Positions 45,856 to 55,151 of a stretch of DNA of 64,000 bases are shown in pieces. Positions within the stretch are counted from its first letter, which is position 1, and the number at the start of each line of letters is the position of its first letter. Position numbers and translations under genes: made by a program. The stretch lies in NCBI GenBank assembly GCA_019358835.1, contig JAHHIH010000006.1:158813-222812 (forward strand), read 5' to 3'. The notes beneath the pieces are model-generated. The model saw only the letters and a program-made list of their open reading frames with translations, was not told the DNA's origin and made no database searches. This DNA comes from Tildeniella torsiva UHER 1998/13D. GTDB taxonomy: Bacteria > Cyanobacteriota > Cyanobacteriia > Phormidesmidales > Phormidesmidaceae.

Positions 45856-48800
45856 CTACTCGGCGACCAGGGTGGCGATCGCATCCACTAGCTCCGCTGG
45901 CTCAAAGGGCTTACTCAAATGGCGCTGAAACCCCGCCGCGATCGCCTGCTGTTGATCAATCTCACTGGCATAGGCGGTTAGGGCCATAGCCTTGCAGCGC
46001 TGGCCCCGCTGGGCGAGTTCCGCCTGCACCTGCTGCACCAGCATGTAGCCATCCATTTCAGGCATGGCTATGTCGCTAATGAGAATATCTAGCCCCAGGT
46101 CGGGCAGCCGCCGTAGCGCCTCCTCGGCAGAGGTCACCGCCGTAACGGTTGCCCCAGATTGCTCTAGCACAAATACCAGCAGTTCTCGAGCATCGGCTTC
46201 ATCTTCAACCACCAAAATGCGGACTCCCACCAGGGTGTCGGCCCGGCTCAATAAGCTAGAAGGGTAGGGCAAAGTAGGGTCTATACCGTCGTCTGCCCCT
46301 TGGGCCAGAGGCCGCCGGAGGGGAAGACGTACCGTGAACGTAGCCCCCTGATTATCGCCGGGGCTAGCCACGGTGATAGTGCCCCCATGGAGTTCAACCA
46401 GCTGCCGGGCGATCGCCAGCCCCAGCCCCAGCCCGCCAAACTGGCGCGTCGTCTTGCCATCGGCCTGGCGAAAGCGCTCGAAAATGTAGGGCAATACCTC
46501 TGGGGCAATACCCTTGCCCGTGTCAGTCACCGTCAGCTGAGCATGGCTCCCGCCAGGGGACAGTCCGGCCCCCCGACGGGTTGCTGGGGCGCTGGTCTCC
46601 AGCCGAATCTCGACTCGACCGCCCTCGGGGGTAAACTTCACCGCGTTGGCCAGCAGGTTCCACACCACCTGCTGGAGCCGACCAGAGTCCCCCATCACCG
46701 GAGATATAGCGGGGTCAAACTGGGTGCGAATTTCAATGCCCTTGGCCTCTGCCGCCAGCCGCACGGTTTCCATGGCGGCTTCGACAGTGGCCTGAAGCTG
46801 CACAGGGGCCACCTCCAGGCTGAGCTTGCCCTGCAAAATGCGGGAAACGTCGAGCAGGTCGGCAATCAGCTGGGTTTGCAGCTTGGCGTTGCGCTCAATG
46901 GTCTGTAGCCCTCGCATCAGCGTGGTGGCATCGGGCTGGCGCTTTTGCAGCAGCTGCGACCAGCCCAAAATCGGGTTGAGGGGCGACCTGAGCTCGTGGG
47001 AGAGCACCGCCAAAAACTCGTCTTTGATGCGGTTGGCCGCCTCGGCCTCGCTACGCGCGGTTTGCTCGGCCTGGTAGAGGCGGGCGTTGTCAACTGCGAT
47101 CGCCACCTGGTGGGCAATATTCTCAGCCAGAGCCAAATCGTTAGCGGCGTAGCGGCGGTCGGTTTCAGCAATCACAAAGGAAATTGCCCCCAGGATCTGC
47201 CCCCGAGCAATCAACGGGGCCACGATACAAGACTTTAGCCCCATCTCCCGTAGCAGCCGCAGGTGCTCGGCGTCGTGGGCCACCGCCTCCAGGGCCGCTG
47301 GCGGAATCTCGGCCACCAATTCGGTTTGGCCAGTGTGCACAATCTTGGCCACCCCTGAAGGGGCAGTCAGCGGCTGGGGATAGCGCTGCTGGATCTGCCA
47401 GCCCAGCTCTACCTTAGCCGGGTCGCAGTGGGCGATCGCAACCCGCTCAATACCCTGACCAATGCCCTGGGTCGCGGTCAGCAAATCGATCGCACACCAG
47501 TCGGCAAAAAATGGCACCACCCGATCGGCGACTCGCTTTAGGGTATCGGTGTGGTTGAGCAGGGAGGCCAGGGTGGTACTGATATCGACCAGCAGGGCTG
47601 AGCGAAACTGACCGGCTTCGGCGTCGAGCCGGGCCGCCTGCTCGCGAATTAGCTGCGCCCGCTCGGTTTCGGCCAGCTTGCGTTCGGTGATGTTTGAAAA
47701 CGAGGCCACCACGGCAAAGGGCGTAGGGTCGTTGGGGTGAAACAGCGGCCGGGTGTTGATCGAAATCCAAGTCAGGGTGCCATCGGGCTTGTGCACCCCC
47801 ATCAGCACATTGGACTGGGGCTCACCGGTTCGCAGCGTAATCATCGCAGGATGCTGATCGCCCGCAAAGGGAGAGCCATCCTCGTAGGTCGCTGACCAGC
47901 GCGGATCGAGGGAGCTGCGCCCCATCATCTGCTCAGCAGTTAGGCCTAGGATCTCCTCGGCGCTGGCGTTGCAGGTAAAAATGCTGCCGTCGGCATGCTG
48001 CAGCACAATGCCTTCTGCCACCGTTTCAATCACCGAGCGATAGCGTTCTTCAGAGGCCTGGAGAGTAGCGGCAGACTGGTGCCGCTCGGTAATGTCGGTG
48101 ACCGATGTAACCACATTCGTGATGTAGCCATTGGCGTCGAACAGCGGTGAGGCATTAATACACAGAATTGTGCGCGTGCCATCGCCATGGGTCATAGCAT
48201 ATTCAATACCGTGGATCGGTTCCCTAGTGCGCATGACCTGGGCAAAGGGCAAGTCTTCGGTGGCAAAGGGTTGCCCATCCACCGTTGTAATGGCCCAAGA
48301 CAGGTCATCGTAGGCGCGATCGGCCAGGTCGCTACGAGTCAGCTTAAAAATTTCTTCTGCGGTTGAATTGGCGGTGACGAGCCGGCCCTGGTCGTCAAAA
48401 ATGATAATGCCGTTGGGCACCGTCTCAAAAATGCTAGATAGCTGAGCTTCACTATCGCGCAGGGCAGTTTCGACCTGCTTGCGTTCGGTAATGTCGTGCA
48501 TGACGACCACGGCACCCTTAGTATTGCCGTCTCCCGTTGCGATCGCCTGGCCGCTCGTCAGCACCGTTCGCGCCCTGTCTCCCTTCGGGGCAATGACCAT
48601 CTCAGCTTCGACTACGCGCTCGCCCTGTAACGCGCGAAATAGCGGAATCGCCTCTTTGTCCAGGGGTGTTTTGCCATCGGGATAATAGAGGTCGTAGTAG
48701 TTGGCCCACTGGTCGGGAGGCAGGGGCTGTTCTGGCAGGCCATGAAAGTCGCGCGCTGACTGGTTAAACAGGCTTAAAATGCCCGCTTCATCACAGGCGA

Positions 48801-49968
48801 CAATGCCCGCCTGCACATTTTCGAGCAGCACCCGCAGCAGTTCCCGCTCTTTTTCTAGGGCGATTTCAGCCTGCCGTCGTTCTTCAATCTCTAGCTGCAG
48901 CCGGTGGTTAGTTTGAGAGAGTTCGGCGGTGCGCTGGGTTACCAGATGTTCCAGGTCTTGCTGCACCTGTAGCCGCGCGGCATCGGTGCGCTGGCGATCG
49001 AGTTCGGTGGCAATGCGCAGGGCAAAAATGGGCAGCAGCGCTTTGATCAGCTGAATATTGCCCCAGGGTTTGCCATCCATCACCCCCAGCAGCCCAAGGG
49101 GATTACCCTGGGAGTCAAAAAAGGGAATGGCCGCGTAGCTGTCAATACCCAAGGGGCTCAGCAGCTGAGCCTGGGGAAACTGCGCCCTAACGCCGCCGGG
49201 ATAGCAGCACAGTTCGCGTTTGAGCAGCACCTGATGGCAGGGAGTATGGTGCAGCAGATACTCAAAGTTTTCGACAATCTGCCCCTGGGCGCAGGCCGCA
49301 ATGGTTTGGATGGCATCTTGCCCATCGCCCTTGGCCAGACCAATGTAGGTGTAGTCAACCCCTAAAGTCTCGGTGAGATGCAGTACCAGAGCCGAGAAAA
49401 AGGCATCCCCCGTCTGGGTGGCTACCCCCTGGGTAACCGCCAGCAGAGCCGTATCAATGGCCGCTACCCGATGGGCTGCCAAGCGCAGATCGAGTTCATC
49501 GATCACCATGGCGGCCAGATCGGCCAACATCGCCTGCTGGTCGGGGCCAAAATCGTCTCGGGGCTGAGTGTCGAGCAGGCACAGAGTGCCCAAGACATAG
49601 CCGTCTTGATTGCGTAATGGAGCCCCAGCGTAAAAACGCAGCCCCGGCTCAGTCTGCACCAGGGGGTTATCGATAAAGCGACTGTCGCGGCGCGCCTCAG
49701 GGACAACCAATACGCCGTCAGACAGCAAGGCATGGCTGCAAAACGTGCTGTGCCGCTGAACTTCTTGCCCCTCAAACCCATAGCACGATTTAAACCAGGC
49801 CCGAGACTCATCGACCAGTGAAACCAGGGCCATGGGCACATCAAACAACCGTGCTGCCAGGGTAGTGATGCGATCGAACCCCACTTCGGGGGGTGTATCT
49901 AAAATTTCGTAGCGCCGCAGGGCTTCTAACCGTCCCGCTTCATTTTTAGGTAAGGGAGCTGGAGGCAT
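45856..49968 (-). CDS. Hybrid sensor histidine kinase (GAF-GAF-multiple PAS-GAF-HisKA-HATPase-receiver)
   Basis: H-box FLAVLSHELRSPLN, N/G boxes (...NLLANAVKFT..., DTGKGI, GGLGLGLAI) and a C-terminal receiver (ILVVEDE...ISDIAMPEMDG...KP). At least four PAS-like segments ending in ...DITERK. Confidence 0.9.
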   Translation of the reverse strand: MPPAPLPKNEAGRLEALRRYEILDTPPEVGFDRITTLAARLFDVPMALVSLVDESRAWFKSCYGFEGQEVQRHSTFCSHALLSDGVLVVPEARRDSRFIDNPLVQTEPGLRFYAGAPLRNQDGYVLGTLCLLDTQPRDDFGPDQQAMLADLAAMVIDELDLRLAAHRVAAIDTALLAVTQGVATQTGDAFFSALVLHLTETLGVDYTYIGLAKGDGQDAIQTIAACAQGQIVENFEYLLHHTPCHQVLLKRELCCYPGGVRAQFPQAQLLSPLGIDSYAAIPFFDSQGNPLGLLGVMDGKPWGNIQLIKALLPIFALRIATELDRQRTDAARLQVQQDLEHLVTQRTAELSQTNHRLQLEIEERRQAEIALEKERELLRVLLENVQAGIVACDEAGILSLFNQSARDFHGLPEQPLPPDQWANYYDLYYPDGKTPLDKEAIPLFRALQGERVVEAEMVIAPKGDRARTVLTSGQAIATGDGNTKGAVVVMHDITERKQVETALRDSEAQLSSIFETVPNGIIIFDDQGRLVTANSTAEEIFKLTRSDLADRAYDDLSWAITTVDGQPFATEDLPFAQVMRTREPIHGIEYAMTHGDGTRTILCINASPLFDANGYITNVVTSVTDITERHQSAATLQASEERYRSVIETVAEGIVLQHADGSIFTCNASAEEILGLTAEQMMGRSSLDPRWSATYEDGSPFAGDQHPAMITLRTGEPQSNVLMGVHKPDGTLTWISINTRPLFHPNDPTPFAVVASFSNITERKLAETERAQLIREQAARLDAEAGQFRSALLVDISTTLASLLNHTDTLKRVADRVVPFFADWCAIDLLTATQGIGQGIERVAIAHCDPAKVELGWQIQQRYPQPLTAPSGVAKIVHTGQTELVAEIPPAALEAVAHDAEHLRLLREMGLKSCIVAPLIARGQILGAISFVIAETDRRYAANDLALAENIAHQVAIAVDNARLYQAEQTARSEAEAANRIKDEFLAVLSHELRSPLNPILGWSQLLQKRQPDATTLMRGLQTIERNAKLQTQLIADLLDVSRILQGKLSLEVAPVQLQATVEAAMETVRLAAEAKGIEIRTQFDPAISPVMGDSGRLQQVVWNLLANAVKFTPEGGRVEIRLETSAPATRRGAGLSPGGSHAQLTVTDTGKGIAPEVLPYIFERFRQADGKTTRQFGGLGLGLAIARQLVELHGGTITVASPGDNQGATFTVRLPLRRPLAQGADDGIDPTLPYPSSLLSRADTLVGVRILVVEDEADARELLVFVLEQSGATVTAVTSAEEALRRLPDLGLDILISDIAMPEMDGYMLVQQVQAELAQRGQRCKAMALTAYASEIDQQQAIAAGFQRHLSKPFEPAELVDAIATLVAE

Positions 49969-50452
49969 TAGCGGTTCAGAGCAGGTATCGCGAAGAATGG
50001 ATTACGCCGCTTGAGCGCGTTCTTTACAGAGCCAATAAAAGGTTGCACTTCGGGCATAGCCTATAGATTTTAGAATAGTTCAGAGCGGACGGCCTCTCCC
50101 TTGGGGCAGACATTGAACCCGAGCCAGTGAACCCCAAGTAAATCGGGTGCTTAAGGTTGTCGTGCCTAGATGTTTATTTTCCCGACAATAGGGCAAATGA
50201 AGGCACTGAGGGTTCATCTCGTCCCCGCTAAATGCCCCGCGTCACCCCAAAAATCCACAGGGCCACAGCCTCAATCGGCCCCACCCAACCAATCAGCAGG
50301 GGCAGACTGATCTCCTGCTTACGCGGGGATCCCTGACCACCCTTCTCGTGAAGAACGATCTCGAACGGTGCAACCTTGGCAGGGATGGGTTTTTTCACGG
50401 GTGGGATGCTATCGCCCCTCCACCTAAGCCCAACCTAGAGTCGTGTGTGGGC

Positions 50453-51229
50453 CTATAGCGAACTCGAATCTAAACTGGCGGCCTCCTCAGGCGACTGAGG
50501 CAGGTGCAGGCCACACTCCTGCTTAAGCCCCCTAAAGCGGGTATCGCGCTCGCTGTCGTCGTCAGCGGTAATGGGACGGCTAGAATGCCAGTCGCCCACG
50601 GTCACGTAGCCCATGTCAAAGAGTGGATGGTAGGGCAGGTCATGGGTCACTAGGTAGTCGTACACATCCTTAGATGTCCATTTCAGAATGGGCAGCAGTT
50701 TGTAGCGCCCCCCCTGCTGGCCTACCCGATCGAGCGACTTGCGGTGGTCAGTCTGGTCAGAGCGTAGCCCCGTTAGCCAAGCGGTGGCGTTTAGCTCACT
50801 CAAGGCCCGCTGCATGGGCTCTACCTTACGAATTCTGTCGTAGCGGTTGAGGGCTTCCACATCCTGCTGCTCCCACAGGCGACCGTGGAGCGCTTCCATG
50901 CGGGCCGGGCTGAGGGGCGACTGGTAGACCTTGAGATTGAGATCGAGCCGGGTTGAAAGCTCCTCGGCAAAGCGATAGGTCTCTACCGGCAAATAGCCGG
51001 TGTCAACCCAAATAACTGGAATTTTAGGCACCACCTGGGTTACTAGATGCAGCATTACGGCCGACTGAATGCCAAAACTGGTACTTAGAACTAGACCCTC
51101 GCCAAAGGTACTGTGGCCCCACTGCACCAGGCTGCTGGCGTCAGCATCCCCCCACTCTCGGTTGATGGCGTCGAGGTCAAGAACGGGGGCAGCCTGCATC
51201 TTGCTGGGCAAGAGCGCGACATCTGACAT
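50453..51229 (-). CDS. cysH: Phosphoadenosine phosphosulfate (PAPS) reductase CysH, thioredoxin-dependent type
   Basis: PP-loop-like ...[13 protein letters not shown]... and C-terminal catalytic ECGLH. No CC...CxxC Fe-S motif seen. ATG at 51229 preceded by GGAG. Confidence 0.85.
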   Translation of the reverse strand: MSDVALLPSKMQAAPVLDLDAINREWGDADASSLVQWGHSTFGEGLVLSTSFGIQSAVMLHLVTQVVPKIPVIWVDTGYLPVETYRFAEELSTRLDLNLKVYQSPLSPARMEALHGRLWEQQDVEALNRYDRIRKVEPMQRALSELNATAWLTGLRSDQTDHRKSLDRVGQQGGRYKLLPILKWTSKDVYDYLVTHDLPYHPLFDMGYVTVGDWHSSRPITADDDSERDTRFRGLKQECGLHLPQSPEEAASLDSSSL

Positions 51230-51546
51230 GGGTTTACTCCTTCCGTTCAACAAAGCCGTAGCTCCAGTGCCACAATTCTGTGGCGATTGTGCTGTCAGCT
51301 AGGCCGCCAGCAGAGTTAATTGAGGTTTAAGCACACAGAGTTCAATGCTACATCGTAGCTCTGCCCGCTGTATTCGTCTCTGCCCGTAGCCATCCTTCGA
51401 CATTAGCTGATCTGTAGATCATAAACGAGGGGGGAATGGACATTTTTGTGGCCTGAGGCCGGTTTTCTGCGGAAAACCGAACTTGAAGGATCCATATTCA
51501 TGCGGGCTGAGTCCTAAGGCGACTTTTGGAAAACCGTTTCTCCAGG

Positions 51547-51567
51547 GGTGGGCAATGCCTACCCTAC
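51547..51567. repeat. REP-like palindromic element, degenerate copy (GGTGGGCAATGCCTACCCTAC)
   Basis: Related to the copies at 57253-57273 and 59855-59876. Confidence 0.6.
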
Positions 51568-51696
51568 GGCGGCTACAGTCACGATGATCCTGGGATTGAC
51601 TTTCCTAGAAATCTCCCCAGCCTCGGCTAGACCAAAACTCAATTTGCCCCTAAGATCCAGCCTTAATCGCCGACAAATCCATCTCTGCAACCTGCT

Positions 51697-52617
51697 ATGG
51701 CAATTCCCAATTCTTACCCCCGCAACCTGGTTGGCTATGGCCGCACCCCGCCCCAGGCCCGGTGGCCAGGCAACGCCAAAATTGCGGTGCAGTTTGTGAT
51801 CAATTACGAAGAGGGGGGCGAAAACTGCATTCTCCACGGCGATGCGGCCTCGGAGGCATTTCTCTCGGAAAGTGTGGGGGCCGCACCGCTGACCGGAGTG
51901 CGCAACATGAATATGGAGTCGATGTATGAGTACGGCAGCCGGGCTGGGTTTTGGCGGCTGCACAGACTGTTCACAGGTCGAGGGCTGCCCCTAACGGTGT
52001 ATGCCGTAGCTATGGCGATGGCCCGCAACCCTGAGGCTGTCGCCGCCATGACCGAGGCCGACTGGGAGATCGCCAGCCACGGCTACCGCTGGATTGATTA
52101 CCAGTACTTTGGCATTGAGGCCGAGCGCGAGCACATTCGCCAGGCGGTGGAGATTCATACCCAGGTGGCGGGCAGCCGCCCCCTAGGCTTTTACCAGGGC
52201 CGCAACAGCCCCAACACCCGCGCCCTGGTGGTCGAAGAGGGTGGCTTTCTCTACGACGCCGACAGCTACGCCGACGACCTGCCCTACTGGAATACCGAGT
52301 ACGGTAGACCGCACCTGGTGATTCCCTACACCCTCGACAACAACGACATGCGCTTTGCCACCTATGCCGGGTTTAACTCGGGGGATCAGTTCTTTGCCTA
52401 CCTGCGCGATGCCTTTGACACCCTCTACACCGAGGGCGACGAAGCACCGAAGATGATGAGCATTGGCCTGCACTGCCGCCTGGCGGGCAAGCCGGGGCGT
52501 ACGGCGGCGCTGGCAAGGTTTTTAGACTATGTGCAGGGGCGCGATCGCGTCTGGATCTGCCGTCGCGTTGACATCGCCCGCCACTGGCACGAGCACCACA
52601 AACCCGCTGAGAACTAA
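51697..52617 (+). CDS. puuE: Polysaccharide-deacetylase-fold allantoinase PuuE (urate catabolism protein)
   Basis: N-terminal ...YPRNLVGYGRTPPQARWPGNAKIAVQFVINYEEGGENCILHGD..., characteristic of PuuE-type allantoinases. Confidence 0.75.
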   Translation: MAIPNSYPRNLVGYGRTPPQARWPGNAKIAVQFVINYEEGGENCILHGDAASEAFLSESVGAAPLTGVRNMNMESMYEYGSRAGFWRLHRLFTGRGLPLTVYAVAMAMARNPEAVAAMTEADWEIASHGYRWIDYQYFGIEAEREHIRQAVEIHTQVAGSRPLGFYQGRNSPNTRALVVEEGGFLYDADSYADDLPYWNTEYGRPHLVIPYTLDNNDMRFATYAGFNSGDQFFAYLRDAFDTLYTEGDEAPKMMSIGLHCRLAGKPGRTAALARFLDYVQGRDRVWICRRVDIARHWHEHHKPAEN

Positions 52618-52638
52618 GCTGTAGCGATCGCCTTGAGG

Positions 52639-54306
52639 CTACCGCGACTTCAGCACTCCGCCAAAGCTAGAGCCCACAATCCGGGGCTGCCCGTCTTGCA
52701 TTTGCACCGTGAACGATCGCTGTTCTCGCTGGGTAGAGCCATCGGGGTAAACGTAGGTGTTCTCGCCCACGAACTCAACGCTGTCTGAGGTTTGCCCCGT
52801 CACCCGCAGGTTCTCGACCGAAACGCGATCGAACTGGGCAAAAAAGCCGGGGTCAAACTGCTGCGCTAGGGGGCCGCTAAACTGCGATCGCGCCGCATCC
52901 CAAGCTCCATTCGAGACATGGTTATACAGAGTTGCCACCGTCGCCTGAGCTGCCTCAGGCGTTAGCTCGCTGGTTTCTGGCTCAGGCGCAGCGGTCTCTT
53001 CAGGCTCTACAACCACCTCTGGCGCATCGTCCACCTCTGGCTCGGGGGCAGTGGGTTCCCCTGGCTCGGCCTCAGCCTGTTCGGCAGCGACATCGGCAGT
53101 CTCTTCGGGTTCAGGTTCAACAACTACAGGCTCAGCGTCAGTAGGAGCCTCAACGACGGGAGACTCAGCCACCACCGGAGTTTCGTCTTCTGGGGTAGAG
53201 GATGCTGAGCGCCAGGCTTGCCAGCCGAGGAGAGCTGCGATCGCCACCACAGACGCCGCCAAAGCCCCTGCCGCCAGAGGTAACCAGTTAGCTGACGACG
53301 GTTCTCGCCGCCGTCTGGGCACCTGGGCAGCTGGCACCTGAGCTGCCGTCAGTTGAGTTCGTTCTCGCGGTCGCCCAACCGCCACAGTGGCAACGGTAGT
53401 GCGGGGAGCCTGCCCCTGGGGTGTCGGTGCCGCTGGCACATACCGACTCAGGGCCGGAGGCAGCTTCCTCAGGGCAGCCAGCGCCTCGGCAGCGGTGGTA
53501 TAACGGGTGCGAAAGTCGTAGCGCACCATCACATCCAACACGTCCAGCAGGGCAGGGTGGGCCTGGGGCGCGTAGTGCTGCCACTCCAGCTCGCCGCTGT
53601 GGGGGTCGGGGTGCAGCTCCGTCGGCGGGTAGCCGGTCAGCGCCTGAATGCCCAAAATGCCGACAGCATAGATATCGCTGCTGAACTGAGGCCGCCCGGC
53701 CACCTGCTCGCTGGGCATATACCCCTGGGTGCCGATGGAGATGGTGTGGCTGTGACCAGAGCGCAGGGCGGTAGCCTGGGCGCTCACCTGCTTGACCGCG
53801 CCAAAGTCAATTAGCACGATGCGGCGATCGCTGGCCCGGCGAATCAAATTCGAGGGCTTGATGTCGCGGTGGATCACCCCGTGGGAATGCACAAAGGCCA
53901 AGATCCCCAGCAGATCGCCGAGAAACGCCACAACATGGGCCTCTGTCCAGGGGGTGCCTAACTCCTCCGCCAGAGAATGACCTTCGATTAGCTCTTGGGC
54001 CAGGTAAAACTCCTGCCCTTCCTCAAAGTGGGCCAGCAGTCCCGGAATTTGGGGGTGCGCCCCCAGCTTGTAGAGGGTCTGGGCTTCAGTGTCAAACAGC
54101 CGCCGCGCCGTTTGCAGCTCTTCGGCAGTAGTCACCTGGGGCTTGAGCTGCTTTACCACGCAGAGCGGATGCCCCGGAAGGTGCAGGTCTTGGGCGCTAA
54201 AGGTTTGGCCAAAGCCCCCAGAGCCCAGGGGCTGCACGAGCCGATAGCGGCCCCCCAGCGGTCTAGATTCTGGCGGCAGGTTGGGAAACGAAGCGGTCAT
54301 AGCCAT
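52639..54306 (-). CDS. Ser/Thr protein kinase with TM helix, acidic Pro/Glu-rich linker and C-terminal extracytoplasmic domain
   Basis: GSGGFGQTF...VVKQL (VAIK-like), HRDIKPSN, DFG and SPE-like (PSEQ) motifs. Confidence 0.88.
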   Translation of the reverse strand: MAMTASFPNLPPESRPLGGRYRLVQPLGSGGFGQTFSAQDLHLPGHPLCVVKQLKPQVTTAEELQTARRLFDTEAQTLYKLGAHPQIPGLLAHFEEGQEFYLAQELIEGHSLAEELGTPWTEAHVVAFLGDLLGILAFVHSHGVIHRDIKPSNLIRRASDRRIVLIDFGAVKQVSAQATALRSGHSHTISIGTQGYMPSEQVAGRPQFSSDIYAVGILGIQALTGYPPTELHPDPHSGELEWQHYAPQAHPALLDVLDVMVRYDFRTRYTTAAEALAALRKLPPALSRYVPAAPTPQGQAPRTTVATVAVGRPRERTQLTAAQVPAAQVPRRRREPSSANWLPLAAGALAASVVAIAALLGWQAWRSASSTPEDETPVVAESPVVEAPTDAEPVVVEPEPEETADVAAEQAEAEPGEPTAPEPEVDDAPEVVVEPEETAAPEPETSELTPEAAQATVATLYNHVSNGAWDAARSQFSGPLAQQFDPGFFAQFDRVSVENLRVTGQTSDSVEFVGENTYVYPDGSTQREQRSFTVQMQDGQPRIVGSSFGGVLKSR

Positions 54307-54624
54307 GGGCGAGTGACGGTTGAACTATTAGACGACAGTCTAGCGGGTGCCGTTAACCCCCCTTAGGGTAACGCTCAACCGCATAGAACTATAGCGATGG
54401 CCATAGATGCCGAGTTGGCCAACTCTAGGGTGACGCACTGAACCGTCGGCGGGTTCCGGGGTGATAGCAAAAGAACAAAAATAGAAGAGCGAAAAGCTCG
54501 ATATATCTTGGGTGTCCAACCCGGATTTCATTAGCTGTAGGCTTTCAGGACTGCCAGAGCCACAGGCATTCGCCCTAAAATAGGTTCGATGAAGCCATCG
54601 ACTCCCCGTTTTGGTTGCAGAACC

Positions 54625-55104
54625 ATGGAAATTGAACTCTATGCCTCTCGCCACCTTGATGCGGTTGTTCGGCTTGCGCTGCGGGCATGGGCCCCAGTGT
54701 TTGATTCGATTCAGAACACGATGAATGCCGAGGTGTATCAGGCGTTCTATCCCAATCACTGGCAGGAGAGCCAGCAAAAGGCGGTCGAGGATGTCTGCGT
54801 TGGGGAAGACACCAATGTGTGGGTTGCTAAGGAGGCAGATTTGGTTGTGGGTTTTGTCGCCGTCAAGCTACACCCAGCAGACAGTATGGGCGAGATCTAT
54901 ATGGTCGCCGTTGACTCAGAGTTTCAGGGCCGTGGCATTGGCAGCGCTCTAACAGAATTTGCGCTGTGCTGGATGAAAGAGGCCGGTATGGCGATCGCCA
55001 TGGTTGAGACCGGCGGTGACCCTGGCCACGCCCCAGCCCGGCACACCTATGAAAAAGCGGGCTTTGAGCTATGGCCAGTCGCTAGATACTTCAAGAAGCT
55101 CTAG
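54625..55104 (+). CDS. GNAT-family N-acetyltransferase
   Basis: Acetyl-CoA motif ...VAVDSEFQGRGIGSALTEFAL.... ATG at 54625. Confidence 0.8.
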   Translation: MEIELYASRHLDAVVRLALRAWAPVFDSIQNTMNAEVYQAFYPNHWQESQQKAVEDVCVGEDTNVWVAKEADLVVGFVAVKLHPADSMGEIYMVAVDSEFQGRGIGSALTEFALCWMKEAGMAIAMVETGGDPGHAPARHTYEKAGFELWPVARYFKKL

Positions 55105-55151
55105 CGCGATCGCCGCATAACAGCCTCAAAGCCCACTAATCGTTCAGGAGC

